A DNA stretch of 64,000 bases. Source: Patescibacteria group bacterium. GTDB lineage: Bacteria; Patescibacteriota; Microgenomatia; PFEM01; JAHIFH01. The notes below the pieces were generated by a model that saw only the letters and a program-made list of their open reading frames with translations, made no database searches and was not told the origin of the DNA. Positions within the stretch are counted from its first letter, which is position 1; each line of letters opens with the position of its first letter. The DNA lies in the NCBI GenBank assembly GCA_035529375.1, contig DATKWU010000017.1:2579-66578 (forward strand), given 5' to 3'. This document shows, piece after piece, positions 9,677 through 19,669 of this stretch. The position numbers and the translations under genes were made by a program.

Positions 9677-10525
9677 ATGATGGCGGTAAGCGCTGAAGTG
9701 TATACGAGACCAAGATCGCAGACTCGATTGATGGTTGCCTCTGCTGTTTGGGGGGCGATCATCATCCCCCTGGCAATACTCAGCAGTTCGTTTCTGAGCA
9801 TTCCAGGTGCATTTGGGGCAGGTTACTTCTGGTTGCCCCAGATCATGATGGTCTCGGGGGTCGTTTTCTTCGGCCCCTGGGGCATGTTGGCCGCGGCAGT
9901 CGGGACGTTCTTGGGTGGCATGTTCGCTGGGTCACCACTGGCCATCAACATAGGCCAGAACCCGATACCGGCTTTCCTAGGGAACACCTTTCTCTTCTAC
10001 ATTCTCTGGTTCGGCTACAAGTACAAGGTTCATATATGGGAGGGCTATTCCAATGGCCTTGCTATCAAAGTAGTCGGAGGAGAGAGGAGACCAACGGCTG
10101 AAGTCAACTGGTCAAGGGTGGCTGTCACAGGTATCGTTTTCGCTCTCACCATCGTCTTCGCGGTGGTGGTGGGTTTCAAGCTGGGGCCATACCTGGACGC
10201 AATGGGCCTGAAGGCGTGGGGCTATCCCCTCATCTTCTTGCTTACTCTACCGTGGTGGTGGGTTATCAAGCAGCTTGGTGGCCTTCGAGTTGATGGCTAT
10301 ATCGTCCTGGCCCTCATCGCCGTGATTGTCTCCAGCATAGCGAGTGCTGCCTTGGGCGCTTTCGCCTGGCAGACAGTTGGAGGAATGGGAGCCAGTGCTT
10401 GGGTTGTCGTTTTCCCCGGCTGGGCTCTCGGCGATATAGTAGCTGGCAGCTTAGGCATTCCTTTGATCTGGAGCTTTGCGGATGTTTTGGAGCGAAAGGG
10501 AATGCTCTGGCGGCCGCTTCGGTAG
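9677..10525 (+). CDS. Polytopic membrane protein, likely ECF-transporter substrate-specific (S) component
   Basis: About six hydrophobic helices, Gly/Trp-rich. It sits between a folate-metabolism gene and the EcfT/A genes. The GC content is high. Confidence 0.45.
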   Translation: MMAVSAEVYTRPRSQTRLMVASAVWGAIIIPLAILSSSFLSIPGAFGAGYFWLPQIMMVSGVVFFGPWGMLAAAVGTFLGGMFAGSPLAINIGQNPIPAFLGNTFLFYILWFGYKYKVHIWEGYSNGLAIKVVGGERRPTAEVNWSRVAVTGIVFALTIVFAVVVGFKLGPYLDAMGLKAWGYPLIFLLTLPWWWVIKQLGGLRVDGYIVLALIAVIVSSIASAALGAFAWQTVGGMGASAWVVVFPGWALGDIVAGSLGIPLIWSFADVLERKGMLWRPLR

Positions 10526-10595
10526 TCGAAGGTACAGCATGGAGGCTGGATAGTCTCGGGATTGTTCAGCCTCCATCAATCAAATCGAAAAGGAA

Positions 10596-12953
10596 ATGAA
10601 GATGATTAGGAAACATGGTTTAGGCAGGTTGAATCCTACGGCTCGGCTGGTCTTTTTCGTTGTAGTCAGCCTGGCAGCAACAATCGTCCATTCGTGGCCA
10701 GGGGTAATCTTTTTCCTGCTTCTTGGAATCGTTCTTCTCGCTGCAGGAAGAAAGTGCCCTAAGTCATCGATCATCACCCTTGTCAACGTTTTCATCCTTA
10801 CGGTGGCAGGTAATGCCCTTTTTGCTAAAGAAGGCAAGATTCTCTTTTCTTTTTTCGCCTTTCGTCTGTCACCTGAGAGTCTCGAAAAAGGCCTTTTGTT
10901 GGGTTGTCGAATTGTGGCGATGATTCTAAGTGCGGTCGCCTTTGCAGTGGCTACCCCAATGTATGAGTTTCTTCCTGCCGTTCGTGGCCTGCGGATTCGT
11001 AATTGGAGGATTCCCTTAGTAGCTGAACTCTATCTAATGGTCTTGCTTAGGTACGTCGAGGTCACTTGGTATGAGATCAAGCAGACCATGAAAGCGATGC
11101 TTATCAGGGGTGTCCAATTTGAGGGTTCGCCAATCAAAAAAATAATGGCTTTCAGGCAATTGATGATTCCGATGTTCTACAGAATTATCAATCATATCAG
11201 TGGTCAGGCGCTGGCAATCGACAGCCGTGGTAGTGTGAGGGCGGTTTCCGCTAAAGGGAAAATCGAAAAACAAGATCCGGCAGTTTCTATGGAGCAGGTT
11301 TCAGTGACCTATGATCTTAGCGATATAGAGGGAGAGAAGCTTCTAGCCCTAAGAGGGATAAACCTGACCATTCGGTCAGGCGAGACTTGTGCCCTCATGG
11401 GAGAAACAGGATCAGGTAGATCAACGGCCTCACTTCTTTGCTGTGGTCTGATTCCAATGAGTATCGGTCGAATGGCCGGAGAAGTGAAAATCTTTGGCTA
11501 CGATACTAAGCGGGCAGATCCATCGCTTTTGTCTAACCTGAGTCGGATTGTCTTTCCTTCGGCAATCCAAGGATTGGTCGGTTTGACTGTGGAGGATGAG
11601 CTTCTCCTTAGCCTACGACCAACATCAATTCCAAAAGAAGAATATGGTCGGGTAATGATTGAAGCGCTTGAGAGAGTTGGCTTGGATTCAGTTTTCTTGA
11701 ATCGCTTGACGTTGAGTTTATCAGGTGGCGAGATGCAACGGGTTGCTTTAGCATCCGCTATCATTGCCCAACCACCAATCTTGGTGCTTGATGACGTTTC
11801 GGCTCAACTTGATCCCAGAGCAAGACGAGAGGTAGCAACAACTCTTCTAGCTCTTAGGGAAACAATTGAAACGATTATTCTGACAGATCCATCGATCACC
11901 GTCTTACCGATAAACAAGTATGTTTTCCTTGAAGGTGGTCGAGTCAACCAGATCGTTTCTAAAGCAGGATCTGAATTGCTAGAAAGGGCACATGTGAGAA
12001 TTCCCCAATTACAAAAACTTGGGGATGTCCTAGGAGAGTCATTCGGGAGTATGGAAGAGGCAGTTGAGATGTTGAAAGGAGGAAAATCAGAAATCTGTTT
12101 CCGTAAAGAAGCGGGTAACTCTCCGAAAAACAGAGTGGTTCTAGAAGCAAAAGACATAACCTTCTCGTACGAGGCTAGTCTCGAACCGGCCATTCGGGGT
12201 TTGAGCACAGAGTTTCGAGGTGGCGAATTAACAGCCATTCTCGGCGCAAATGGTTCGGGTAAAACCACATTGGGGTTGATTCTAGCTCAAGCATACAAGC
12301 CCGAAATTGGCCAGATCCTAATCAACGGTGAACAAGTGAATTCGAAGATGCGGGGAGAGATTGGTTACGTTTTCCAGGAGCCAATGAGCCAGATGCTCAC
12401 ATTGACTGTTTTAGACGAACTAGCTTTCGGACCACATCAACTTGGATGGAGGAAAGAGGAGATTAAGGAATCTGTTGATGACGTAGCTCAAATCTTCAGT
12501 CTTCCTCTGAAAGAGAATCTGATGGATCTTAGTCCGGCCCAGTCGCGGCAGTTGGCCATAGGCTCAATCCTGACCATGAAACCTAAGGTGCTCATCTTAG
12601 ATGAGCCGACTAACAGTCTTGACGAGATGGAAGCTGTTAGATTAATGAGGATTTTGGAGGATCTACGAGCGAATGGGATGACGATCATCCTCATCACCCA
12701 CGATGTTGAATTAGCAGTTCAGTACGCTGATCGCATTATGGTCATGAAAGAGGGATCAATTCTCATTGATGGTTCGACTCGTCAGGTGATGTCAAAACCA
12801 GAGATTCTTATTAGAAGCGAGGTAACAGTACCTGATATCACTGACCTTTCTTTAAGGCTTTGGCCTCAAGAATTGCCAGCCCTCACTGTTGAGGAGATGG
12901 TCCAGATGTTATCTATTCACAATCATGTGTTTAGCCCCAGTAATTCTCGATGA
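10596..12953 (+). CDS. Fused ECF transporter T component plus two ABC ATPase domains (EcfT-EcfA-EcfA')
   Basis: The N-terminal roughly 220 aa are a membrane domain resembling CbiQ/EcfT. Two complete nucleotide-binding domains follow. The first has Walker [10 protein letters not shown], signature LSGGEMQRV and Walker B LVLDDV. The second has Walker [10 protein letters not shown], signature LSPAQSRQL and Walker B LILDEPT. Confidence 0.75.
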   Translation: MKMIRKHGLGRLNPTARLVFFVVVSLAATIVHSWPGVIFFLLLGIVLLAAGRKCPKSSIITLVNVFILTVAGNALFAKEGKILFSFFAFRLSPESLEKGLLLGCRIVAMILSAVAFAVATPMYEFLPAVRGLRIRNWRIPLVAELYLMVLLRYVEVTWYEIKQTMKAMLIRGVQFEGSPIKKIMAFRQLMIPMFYRIINHISGQALAIDSRGSVRAVSAKGKIEKQDPAVSMEQVSVTYDLSDIEGEKLLALRGINLTIRSGETCALMGETGSGRSTASLLCCGLIPMSIGRMAGEVKIFGYDTKRADPSLLSNLSRIVFPSAIQGLVGLTVEDELLLSLRPTSIPKEEYGRVMIEALERVGLDSVFLNRLTLSLSGGEMQRVALASAIIAQPPILVLDDVSAQLDPRARREVATTLLALRETIETIILTDPSITVLPINKYVFLEGGRVNQIVSKAGSELLERAHVRIPQLQKLGDVLGESFGSMEEAVEMLKGGKSEICFRKEAGNSPKNRVVLEAKDITFSYEASLEPAIRGLSTEFRGGELTAILGANGSGKTTLGLILAQAYKPEIGQILINGEQVNSKMRGEIGYVFQEPMSQMLTLTVLDELAFGPHQLGWRKEEIKESVDDVAQIFSLPLKENLMDLSPAQSRQLAIGSILTMKPKVLILDEPTNSLDEMEAVRLMRILEDLRANGMTIILITHDVELAVQYADRIMVMKEGSILIDGSTRQVMSKPEILIRSEVTVPDITDLSLRLWPQELPALTVEEMVQMLSIHNHVFSPSNSR

Positions 12954-13017
12954 CGAGACTCTTACTGGGGCTTTTTGTTTCTTCCTTTTTGTCTCTATTT
13001 CTGTTAGAATTCGCTAT

Positions 13018-13422
13018 ATGGCCAATCAAATTAAAATTGATAAGACAACTTTAAATGTTGGTGATACGATTGTTGTCTATCAGAAAATTCAAGAAGAAAA
13101 AAAGATGCGAACCCAGCCGTTTGAAGGGATTGTCATTCGCATCAAAGGGCAGGGAGATAACAAAACTTTTACGGTCAGAAAGATAGCCGCCGCCAATATC
13201 GGTGTGGAAAGAATTTGGCCAGTTAACTCTCCTTGGATTGAGAAGATTGAAATTAAGCGAAGAGGCAAAGTCAGACGAGCCAAGCTTTACTACTTAAGAG
13301 ACAGGATCGGGAAAAAAGCCGTTAAGGTGAAAGAGAGAAAAGAAAAGAAAACTGGCGCTGAACAGAAGAAAGTTCGAAAAACAGCAAGAAAAACTAACAA
13401 ACAAACTCTTAAAAAGAAATAA
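13018..13422 (+). CDS. rplS: 50S ribosomal protein L19 with a Lys-rich C-terminal extension
   Basis: [45 protein letters not shown] matches the L19 consensus. The track ORF at 12889 is over-extended upstream. Confidence 0.85.
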   Translation: MANQIKIDKTTLNVGDTIVVYQKIQEEKKMRTQPFEGIVIRIKGQGDNKTFTVRKIAAANIGVERIWPVNSPWIEKIEIKRRGKVRRAKLYYLRDRIGKKAVKVKERKEKKTGAEQKKVRKTARKTNKQTLKKK

Positions 13423-13458
13423 ATTTTAAAACTGGTTGCAAAGTTAGTTAGAATTGTT

Positions 13459-14640
13459 ATGATTAATCTTGTGAAAAAACTAAAATTTCTTATTGCCTTT
13501 TTTATAATTATCTCTACTTTTTTCTTTTTTGCTAATCCTGTTTTGGCTCAAGAGACTCAAGAATTCAGTAATATCGTGGTTAAAAAAGGGGAGGTAATTG
13601 ATCACGATTTTTTTGCTGCCGGTAGCACTGTCACTATTTCTGGTGTTGTTAATGGTGATGTTTTTGCGGCTGGAGGTATTCTTGTTGTTGACGGCATTAT
13701 TAATGGTGATCTTTTAGCTGGTGCCGGGACAATAAATCTCTTAGGCAGGGTTAGTGATGATGTCAGGGTCGGTGGTGGAACACTTTTTGTTAATGGCGAG
13801 ATTGGTAAAAATTTAACTGTTGGTGGTGGCAATATTAATATTGCTGAAGGAGCCAGAATCGGCGGAAGCTTACTAGGTTTTGGTGGTGCTTTTGATATTC
13901 GAGGACCAATCGGAAAAGATGTCAATCTTTTCGCTGGACAAGCGACGGTTACCAGTCAGATTAACGGTAATCTCAAAGGATCAATAGAAAAACTGGTTTT
14001 GAGTTCTGAAGCTCAAATTTTAGGGGATTTAGAATATGAAAGTCCTCAAAAAGCCGACATTGATGAGAGGGCCTTGATTATTGGCAAAACAACTTTCAAA
14101 CCTTCTGAAACAAGAAAGCCAGAGAGTTTTAAGTCCTGGACATTCAAAGGTTGGAAGATTTTTAATCTTTTTTGGTTGGGTTTTTATATTAAGTTATCGG
14201 CTTTCATTATTGCTTTTCTTTTTGGTCTAGTCTTTCTTTATTTGTTTCCTAAAAGGATTGAGGCGATTACTAAAATTCTTAAAAATCGGCCTTGGCCAAG
14301 CCTTGGTGCTGGTTTTTTAGCCTTAATTTTGTTTGTTCCTTCAGTCATTCTCCTAGCCATAAGTTTGATTGGTATTCCCTTAATTCTTATATTTATTCCG
14401 GTTTTTCTCTTTTTAATTTATTTCAGCAAGATTTTTACGGCTCTTTGTTTGGGTAGAGAAGTTCTTTTTCGCTTTAATTCAAAGAAAAGTCAAGTTTGGG
14501 CGCTCTTAATTGGTTTATTGATTTACTATTTTCTGAGATTAATTCCTATTGTTAGTCCAATAATTGCTTTTGGCTTTATCAGTGCTGGTTTAGGCGCCTT
14601 TCTCCTTGATCAAAAATCACTCCGAACTTCAAAAAAATAA
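13459..14640 (+). CDS. Secreted beta-helix (bactofilin/polymer-forming-like repeat) protein with a C-terminal multi-TM anchor
   Basis: Signal peptide, a run of GxVNGDV/GGG repeats, and three to four C-terminal TM helices. Confidence 0.5.
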   Translation: MINLVKKLKFLIAFFIIISTFFFFANPVLAQETQEFSNIVVKKGEVIDHDFFAAGSTVTISGVVNGDVFAAGGILVVDGIINGDLLAGAGTINLLGRVSDDVRVGGGTLFVNGEIGKNLTVGGGNINIAEGARIGGSLLGFGGAFDIRGPIGKDVNLFAGQATVTSQINGNLKGSIEKLVLSSEAQILGDLEYESPQKADIDERALIIGKTTFKPSETRKPESFKSWTFKGWKIFNLFWLGFYIKLSAFIIAFLFGLVFLYLFPKRIEAITKILKNRPWPSLGAGFLALILFVPSVILLAISLIGIPLILIFIPVFLFLIYFSKIFTALCLGREVLFRFNSKKSQVWALLIGLLIYYFLRLIPIVSPIIAFGFISAGLGAFLLDQKSLRTSKK

Positions 14641-14685
14641 GACTTTCTGTCTTTTGTTTTTTTATTTCTGTTATAATGAATCAAG

Positions 14686-14853
14686 ATGCTGCCTATTTTA
14701 ATCAAAGTCGTTATTCTAGTTATCATTCTTCTGGTTGCTTTAAAGGCGCTGAAGATTGTCTTTATTCCTGTTAAAATTCTTAAATTAATTATCTTGGCGA
14801 TTGTTGTCATTGTCTTATTACTTCTTACTCAGGATTTTTTTGGTATTTTTTAG
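14686..14853 (+). CDS. Small hydrophobic membrane peptide of 55 aa (below the ORF-track cutoff)
   Basis: ATG at 14686 preceded by ttataat. It translates to MLPILIKVVILVIILLVALKALK..., which is entirely hydrophobic. It was not in the supplied track. Confidence 0.3.
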   Translation: MLPILIKVVILVIILLVALKALKIVFIPVKILKLIILAIVVIVLLLLTQDFFGIF

Positions 14854-14870
14854 AGAAGAAAGAATAGAGC

Positions 14871-14907
14871 TTGACAAGGAATAGTTTTTCCTTTTATAAA
14901 TATAAAT
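14871..14907 (+). promoter_or_regulatory. Sigma70-like promoter (TTGACA, about 18 nt, TATAAA/TATAAAT)
   Basis: ttgaca at 14871-14876 and tataaa at 14895-14900, upstream of the ATG at 14914. Confidence 0.35.
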
Positions 14908-14913
14908 AGAGTA

Positions 14914-15540
14914 ATGAAGAAAATTGGTTTCCTTTTAATTGCTTTCCTTTTGTTTTTCTTTTTAAGCCCCCGGGTTCTGGCTGAATGTACTACTTGCGCT
15001 CCTGCTCAAGTTCAACAAGAAACCCAGGAAGAAGTAGGGAATCAAGAGATAGAAAACAATCCGTCTTTGGGTGAGTTAAGAAGGAATGTTATTGAGAAAA
15101 GAGAAACGATTAGGGAACGGATTGAGGAGCGTCGGGCAACCATGGCAGCTCGGTTAGCTGAGCAGAAAAGAGAAAGAGTGAGAACCTTTTTTGGTCGTTT
15201 AACCCAGAGATTTCAAACTGCTATTAACCGTTTGGAAAGGCTGATTGCCCGAATGGAATCAAGGTTAGCCAAGATAGAAGAGAATGACGAAGAAATTGAG
15301 ACAGTCGAGATAAGGGAAAGTCTGGATAAGGCTAAAGATAAACTAGCTGAAGCCAGTGCTGCTTTATCAGAAGCCAAAACAAGCGTTGAAGACATTCTTA
15401 ATGGTGGTAATCCTCAAGAAATGTTTCAAGAAGTAAGAGATTTGCTTAAGGGGATTAAGGATGAGTTAATCGAAGTCCACCGTATTTTAGTTCAGGTTAT
15501 TGGCGATATGAGAGGCCTGCGGGTTGGCCAAGGAGAATAA
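14914..15540 (+). CDS. Secreted coiled-coil protein
   Basis: Signal peptide ending VLA, followed by a long Glu/Arg-rich helical region. Confidence 0.5.
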   Translation: MKKIGFLLIAFLLFFFLSPRVLAECTTCAPAQVQQETQEEVGNQEIENNPSLGELRRNVIEKRETIRERIEERRATMAARLAEQKRERVRTFFGRLTQRFQTAINRLERLIARMESRLAKIEENDEEIETVEIRESLDKAKDKLAEASAALSEAKTSVEDILNGGNPQEMFQEVRDLLKGIKDELIEVHRILVQVIGDMRGLRVGQGE

Positions 15541-15916
15541 AATGGAACCAGAAGAAATCACTCAACCAGTTCAAGAACCAACAGTACCACCAGAGCCAGT
15601 GGAGGTCCAGGAAAAGCCAGGCTTAATCAAAAGATTTTGGTTTATTCCCTTAACTTTTATTCTTCTTTTTATTCTCCTAATGGTTGGTTACCTCTTTACT
15701 AATCAGAACTTAGATATTTTTAATTTAGATTTTTTCAAGAAAACACCTCAAGTTAGTCCTACTCCTTCACCGGCAACCGAAAGTGAAACCGCTTCTTTAG
15801 AAAAGCAGGGGACGTCAGATGAGATTTCCGAGATAGAGGCAGATTTAAGTAAAACTGACTTAAGTGATTTAGACAAAGAATTGACTGATATTGAAGAAGA
15901 GCTAACTTCTCCCTAG
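15541..15916 (+). CDS. Single-pass membrane protein with an acidic Ser/Thr-rich C-terminus
   Basis: One TM helix (FWFIPLTFILLFILLMVGYLF). The start may be 15524 or 15541. Confidence 0.4.
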
Positions 15917-15944
15917 TCTTTTAAAATCTGCTACAATACTATTA

Positions 15945-16313
15945 ATGGAGAAAACAACCAAGGATTTTTTCAAAGCCTTTCCTTTTGCCTTCAATGGCAT
16001 TCTTAGTGTCATTAGAAAAGAAAGAAATATTAAGTTTCACCTTTTAGCTACCTTTTTAGTTGTTCTCCTAGGCTTGTTTTTAGGAATTAGCAAAACCGAA
16101 TGGCTGATTATCGTTCTGATTATTGCTGCCGTTCTAGCCGCAGAGGTTTTTAATTCATCTCTAGAGGGTATTTGCGATCTCTTAAAAGAAGAAAATCATC
16201 TTGATTACCAGAGAACTAAATTTATGAGGGATGCTTCGGCCGGAGCGGTTTTAATCTTAGCCATGGCTTCAGTTGTTATTGGTTTAATTATCTTCCTACC
16301 CTATTTTTTATGA
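15945..16313 (+). CDS. dgkA: Diacylglycerol kinase / undecaprenol kinase family
   Basis: 122 aa with three TM helices. The NIKFHLLAT...AAEVFNSSLEGICD pattern is typical of prokaryotic DgkA. Confidence 0.7.
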   Translation: MEKTTKDFFKAFPFAFNGILSVIRKERNIKFHLLATFLVVLLGLFLGISKTEWLIIVLIIAAVLAAEVFNSSLEGICDLLKEENHLDYQRTKFMRDASAGAVLILAMASVVIGLIIFLPYFL

Positions 16314-16945
16314 GAATTGAGTGTTTAGTTGTTGGTCAACTCCAAACTAACTGTTATCTTATTTGGGACGAAGAAAGTAATAAAGCGATTATCATTGACC
16401 CGGCTGATGACGGCGACTACATTATTCAAAAAATTCGAGATTTTCAACTTAACCCAATTCTGATAGCCAATACCCATGGTCATGTTGACCATGTCTTGGC
16501 GATTACTGAACTTAAATTAGCTTTTAAAATTCCTTTTTTTATGCACCAAAAAGATTTGTTTCTTTTAAAAAATATGAAATCATCAGCCATGTATTGGTTC
16601 GAGATGAATGAGGTTGATCCGCCACCAGAAGTTGACAAGTTTATTAGAGAAGGTGATGAGATTAAATTTGGCAAAGAAAAATTAGAAGTGATTGAAACCC
16701 CAGGTCACTCCCCTGGCGGGGTATCATTTTACAGTAGGGAAGAGGGCGTGCTTTTTTCAGGCGACACTCTTTTCAAACAAGGTATTGGCCGCTATGATTT
16801 CTCCTATGCCTCGAGAGAAGATTTGTTCAAATCAATTAAAAAACTCTTAAAACTCCCGAGTAAAACAATTGTTTATTCAGGCCATGGACCAGAAACAGTA
16901 ATTAACAAAGAAAAAAAAGTTTTAGATTTTTTTAAAGTGTTTTAA
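16310..16945 (+). CDS. MBL-fold metallo-hydrolase (glyoxalase II-like)
   Basis: HGHVDHV motif, plus ETPGHSPG and GDTLF. Confidence 0.8.
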   Translation: MRIECLVVGQLQTNCYLIWDEESNKAIIIDPADDGDYIIQKIRDFQLNPILIANTHGHVDHVLAITELKLAFKIPFFMHQKDLFLLKNMKSSAMYWFEMNEVDPPPEVDKFIREGDEIKFGKEKLEVIETPGHSPGGVSFYSREEGVLFSGDTLFKQGIGRYDFSYASREDLFKSIKKLLKLPSKTIVYSGHGPETVINKEKKVLDFFKVF

Positions 16946-17002
16946 AAATAAAGAATATTTGTTACACTTAAAAGGATTATTTAGGAAAGGAGGTGAAGAT
17001 TA

Positions 17003-17284
17003 ATGGCTGATAATGACAAACCAGTCGATGACGTTAAACCAGTAAAAGAACTAAAAAAAGACGAAGAAGTAAAAGATGAAGAACCAGAAGTAACTGAAGA
17101 GCCTGCCAGTAGTCCTGCTGCCCCGGCAGACAAAGGAGCTACACCAGCTGGAACAGACCAATCTGGTCGCCAGCTTTACAGCGTAACTTGTGCTACTTGT
17201 GGTAAGCAAACAGAAGTTCCTTTTAAACCATCTGGAGATAGACCTGTTTATTGTCGAGACTGCTATATGAAGCAAAAAGGATAG
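17003..17284 (+). CDS. Small acidic protein with a C-terminal CxxC...CxxC zinc ribbon
   Basis: CATCGKQTEVPFKPSGDRPVYCRDCY, preceded by a disordered Lys/Glu/Pro-rich N-terminus. Confidence 0.5.
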   Translation: MADNDKPVDDVKPVKELKKDEEVKDEEPEVTEEPASSPAAPADKGATPAGTDQSGRQLYSVTCATCGKQTEVPFKPSGDRPVYCRDCYMKQKG

Positions 17285-17353
17285 AGACAGGACAGAGAAC
17301 TAAAAAAGTCCCTCAATCAAACCTTAAAAGGCAAAGGATTAAAGTAAATTAAC

Positions 17354-17377
17354 CTCGCTGCGCGGGCGAGTTTGTTG
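17354..17377 (+). terminator. Putative terminator after the zinc-ribbon gene
   Basis: Hairpin ctcgc-tgcgcgg-gcgag followed by tttgttg. The T tract is weak. Confidence 0.3.
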
Positions 17378-17495
17378 CATCCAAAGTAAATAAGAATAAA
17401 AGAGTTTGGAATACGGTCTTTTCTTTGTTGTGCTCGTCGCTTTCCTTGAAGAGTTTTCCACCTTTTGACTAAAGCCTCCCTAGGACAGACAGGAG

Positions 17496-17873
17496 CTATT
17501 TAATAGCAATCATGCTTATTTCGACTTTAGCTCCAAGCGGAAGTTCTTTTACGCAAACCACTTCTCTTGCAGGATAGGGAGTGGAGAAATAGCTCCCATA
17601 TATCTCGTTTATCTTCCCATAAACTGACATGTCAGTAACATAAACTGTTGACTTGACGACATTCGAAAAGGAAACATCTGCTTCTTCAAGAACGGCTTGA
17701 AGGTTTTTCATTATTTGACGCACTTGTTCCTCTAGGGTACCTTCAAGCAGCTTTCCCTCAGGGGTAAGGTAAATTTGTCCTGAAGTAAAAACTAAATTCC
17801 CATCAATAACAGCTTGAGAAAATGGACCTGTTCCTGGAGAGGCAGCCTTAGAAGTTTCAACCTTTACTTTCAT
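17496..17873 (-). CDS. ridA: RidA/YjgF family reactive-intermediate deaminase
   Basis: 125 aa containing GPFSQAVIDGNLVFTSGQI...PAREVVCVKELPLGAKVEI. Confidence 0.85.
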   Translation of the reverse strand: MKVKVETSKAASPGTGPFSQAVIDGNLVFTSGQIYLTPEGKLLEGTLEEQVRQIMKNLQAVLEEADVSFSNVVKSTVYVTDMSVYGKINEIYGSYFSTPYPAREVVCVKELPLGAKVEISMIAIK

Positions 17874-17896
17874 ATGTCTATTGTATCACATTAAAT

Positions 17897-17995
17897 AAGC
17901 CCTCTATTTCGGGCTTTTTAGAATGTGTGACCCTAAGGGGAGTTCAATTAAACACTTTGGAGTATGTGGTGAAGCTAAGAGAGGTGTTTCAAACT
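17897..17995 (+). repeat. Copy 1 of the ~100-bp tRNA-Glu-3'-end-derived repeat
   Basis: Hairpin aagccctctatttcgggctt followed by tttt, then gtgaccctaaggggagttcaattaaacactttggagtatgt. It shares the last ~15 nt of tRNA-Glu (copy 1 has one mismatch). Confidence 0.8.
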
Positions 17996-18059
17996 GATTA
18001 CGATTACAGTTTTCGGTATGATAAAATAAAGGCTAAAGGTTGTTTGTTATAATAAACCA

Positions 18060-18392
18060 ATGAAGAAAACTAGCCATACTTTAAAAGATTTGACTAAATT
18101 GATAATGCATCAAGCTAAAGAAAAAGGGTTCGGAACAAAACCTGAGGAAATAAATGTCCCTGAAAAAATTGCTTTGATTCACAGTGAAATTTCCGAAGCC
18201 TACGAAGCATATAGGAACAAAAAAATTGAAGGCAGGAACGGTTTTAAAGAAGAAATGGGCGATGCAATTCAGAGAATTCTTCATTTAGCAGGAACATTGG
18301 GGATAGATATTGAAGAGGTAATTATTAAGAAGATTAAGAAAAATAAAGGAAGAAAATGGAATTGGGAAAAACTAAATGAAAAGCATGTATAA
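18060..18392 (+). CDS. MazG-like nucleotide pyrophosphohydrolase (small all-alpha NTP-PPase)
   Basis: EKIALIHSEISEAYEAYR...EEMGDAIQRILHLAG is the EExxE/D metal-binding pattern of the MazG family. Confidence 0.65.
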   Translation: MKKTSHTLKDLTKLIMHQAKEKGFGTKPEEINVPEKIALIHSEISEAYEAYRNKKIEGRNGFKEEMGDAIQRILHLAGTLGIDIEEVIIKKIKKNKGRKWNWEKLNEKHV

Positions 18393-18438
18393 GTAACTTC
18401 AAAGTTGTTCTAAGTCGTTTTATAAGTTCTATAAACAA

Positions 18439-18520
18439 AAAGCCCTCTATTTCGGGCTTTTATTTGTTTGGTGACCCCGAGGGGAGTTCAATTAAACACT
18501 TTGGAGTATGTTATGAGATT
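18439..18520 (+). repeat. Copy 2 of the tRNA-Glu-end repeat
   Basis: aagccctctatttcgggcttt...gtgaccccgaggggagttcaattaaacactttggagtatgt. Confidence 0.8.
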
Positions 18521-18600
18521 CAAGAAAATTTTTCAGTCTCGTTCAAATGATGTTGCTGCTTTTTATTCTGTTTGTTGAAGTGCTAGTGTAAAATATTACT

Positions 18601-18987
18601 GTGTCTAAAGAAACCTGCTTGTTCTGCGATAGGAATAACCCAGAAAAACATACCATAATAAGTGAAAATGATTTGTTCTATGGAAGATGGGATAACTTCC
18701 CCGTCTCAGATGGGCATGCAGAAATTGTTCCCAAAAGACACGTTGAATCACTTTTCGAACTAACAGATAATGAGTTAGTTCAATTGTTTGATTTACTTAA
18801 AAAAGTAAAAGATATTATTCAAGATAAATACAGTCCTGATGCTTTTAATATTGGAATAAATGAAGGAGAAGAAGCGGGGAGAACTATTCACCATCTTCAT
18901 GTGCATATTATTCCAAGATATAAAGGTGACGTAGAAAACCCAAGAGGCGGTATAAGACACGTGATTTCAGGGAAAGGAAACTACTAA
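18601..18987 (+). CDS. HIT (histidine triad) family protein
   Basis: HHLHVHIIPR histidine triad. The start codon is GTG. Confidence 0.85.
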   Translation: MSKETCLFCDRNNPEKHTIISENDLFYGRWDNFPVSDGHAEIVPKRHVESLFELTDNELVQLFDLLKKVKDIIQDKYSPDAFNIGINEGEEAGRTIHHLHVHIIPRYKGDVENPRGGIRHVISGKGNY

Positions 18988-19095
18988 AAAGCCCTTTATT
19001 TCGGAATATTTTGATAGTGTGACCCCGAGGGGAGTTCAATTAAACACCTTGGAGTATGTAGTGAGGTTGAGGGAGGTGTTTCAAGTGAGTTCTGG
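18987..19095 (+). repeat. Copy 3 of the tRNA-Glu-end repeat
   Basis: aaagccctttatttcgg...gtgaccccgaggggagttcaattaaacaccttggagtatgtagtgaggttgagggaggtgtttcaa. Confidence 0.8.
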
Positions 19096-19132
19096 AGCCG
19101 AAGCCTTCTTTTTAGGTTAACAATAAAAACCA

Positions 19133-19669
19133 CTACTTTTTCGTGTTAAACCTACTTAGGATAGTATTTAATTCGGGTCTTAATAGGGCTATTGTATAAG
19201 CTCCCGTATGACCAGGAGACTTTACAAAGTAAATAGTTCTAACCTCTGCCTCACTGAAAAAAGGCCAAGGGAAGTCTCTTCTATTCCTTGTTAATATTAA
19301 AGAATTCGTTAATATTGATGTTGTGGCAATAATTATATCTCCCATATCAATATTACTCTTAAGCATTTTATCATTTCTGAACAAAGTGTATAGTTGAGCT
19401 GATCCAATCAAAACTTGTTCGCTAATGAAATATCTGTTGAAATTTTTAAGGAATTTAAATATCTCGTTTTCTTGTTTTTTGGTGGTATTCCTAAGTATTT
19501 CATGAACAGAAACATCTGAAATTGCCATCCCAAAGCCTCTCCTCATCAATTCAGTAATATATGCAATAAAACTAGTAGCGGTTGGCATTCTTCCGGTGTA
19601 TTGGAGGATGTTTGTATCTAAAATGACGAACTGATCTGGAAGTTTTGGTTGAGATGGCTTTTCATTCAT
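19133..19669 (-). CDS. PIN-domain (VapC-like) toxin
   Basis: FVILDTNIL at the N-terminus, then DIIIATTS and LTRNRRDF (conserved acidic residues). Confidence 0.65.
   Translation of the reverse strand: MNEKPSQPKLPDQFVILDTNILQYTGRMPTATSFIAYITELMRRGFGMAISDVSVHEILRNTTKKQENEIFKFLKNFNRYFISEQVLIGSAQLYTLFRNDKMLKSNIDMGDIIIATTSILTNSLILTRNRRDFPWPFFSEAEVRTIYFVKSPGHTGAYTIALLRPELNTILSRFNTKK

Noticed and set aside
9748-10101. 117-aa + strand ORF overlapping the S-component gene in another frame; 10399-10599 likewise.
   Set aside because: The high-GC insert produces long spurious ORFs. The S-component frame has coherent TM helices, and these ORFs are Arg/Gly-rich nonsense.
12889-13017. Upstream extension of the rplS ORF (MRRWSRCY...) overlapping the end of the ECF fusion gene.
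   Set aside because: L19 homology begins at MANQIKIDK (ATG 13018). The extension is hydrophobic read-through of the intergenic sequence.
14610-14810. Minus-strand 66-aa ORF in the 14.6-14.9 kb intergenic region.
   Set aside because: The + strand 55-aa hydrophobic peptide with a -10-like element and ATG is the more plausible coding feature. The minus ORF lacks an RBS.
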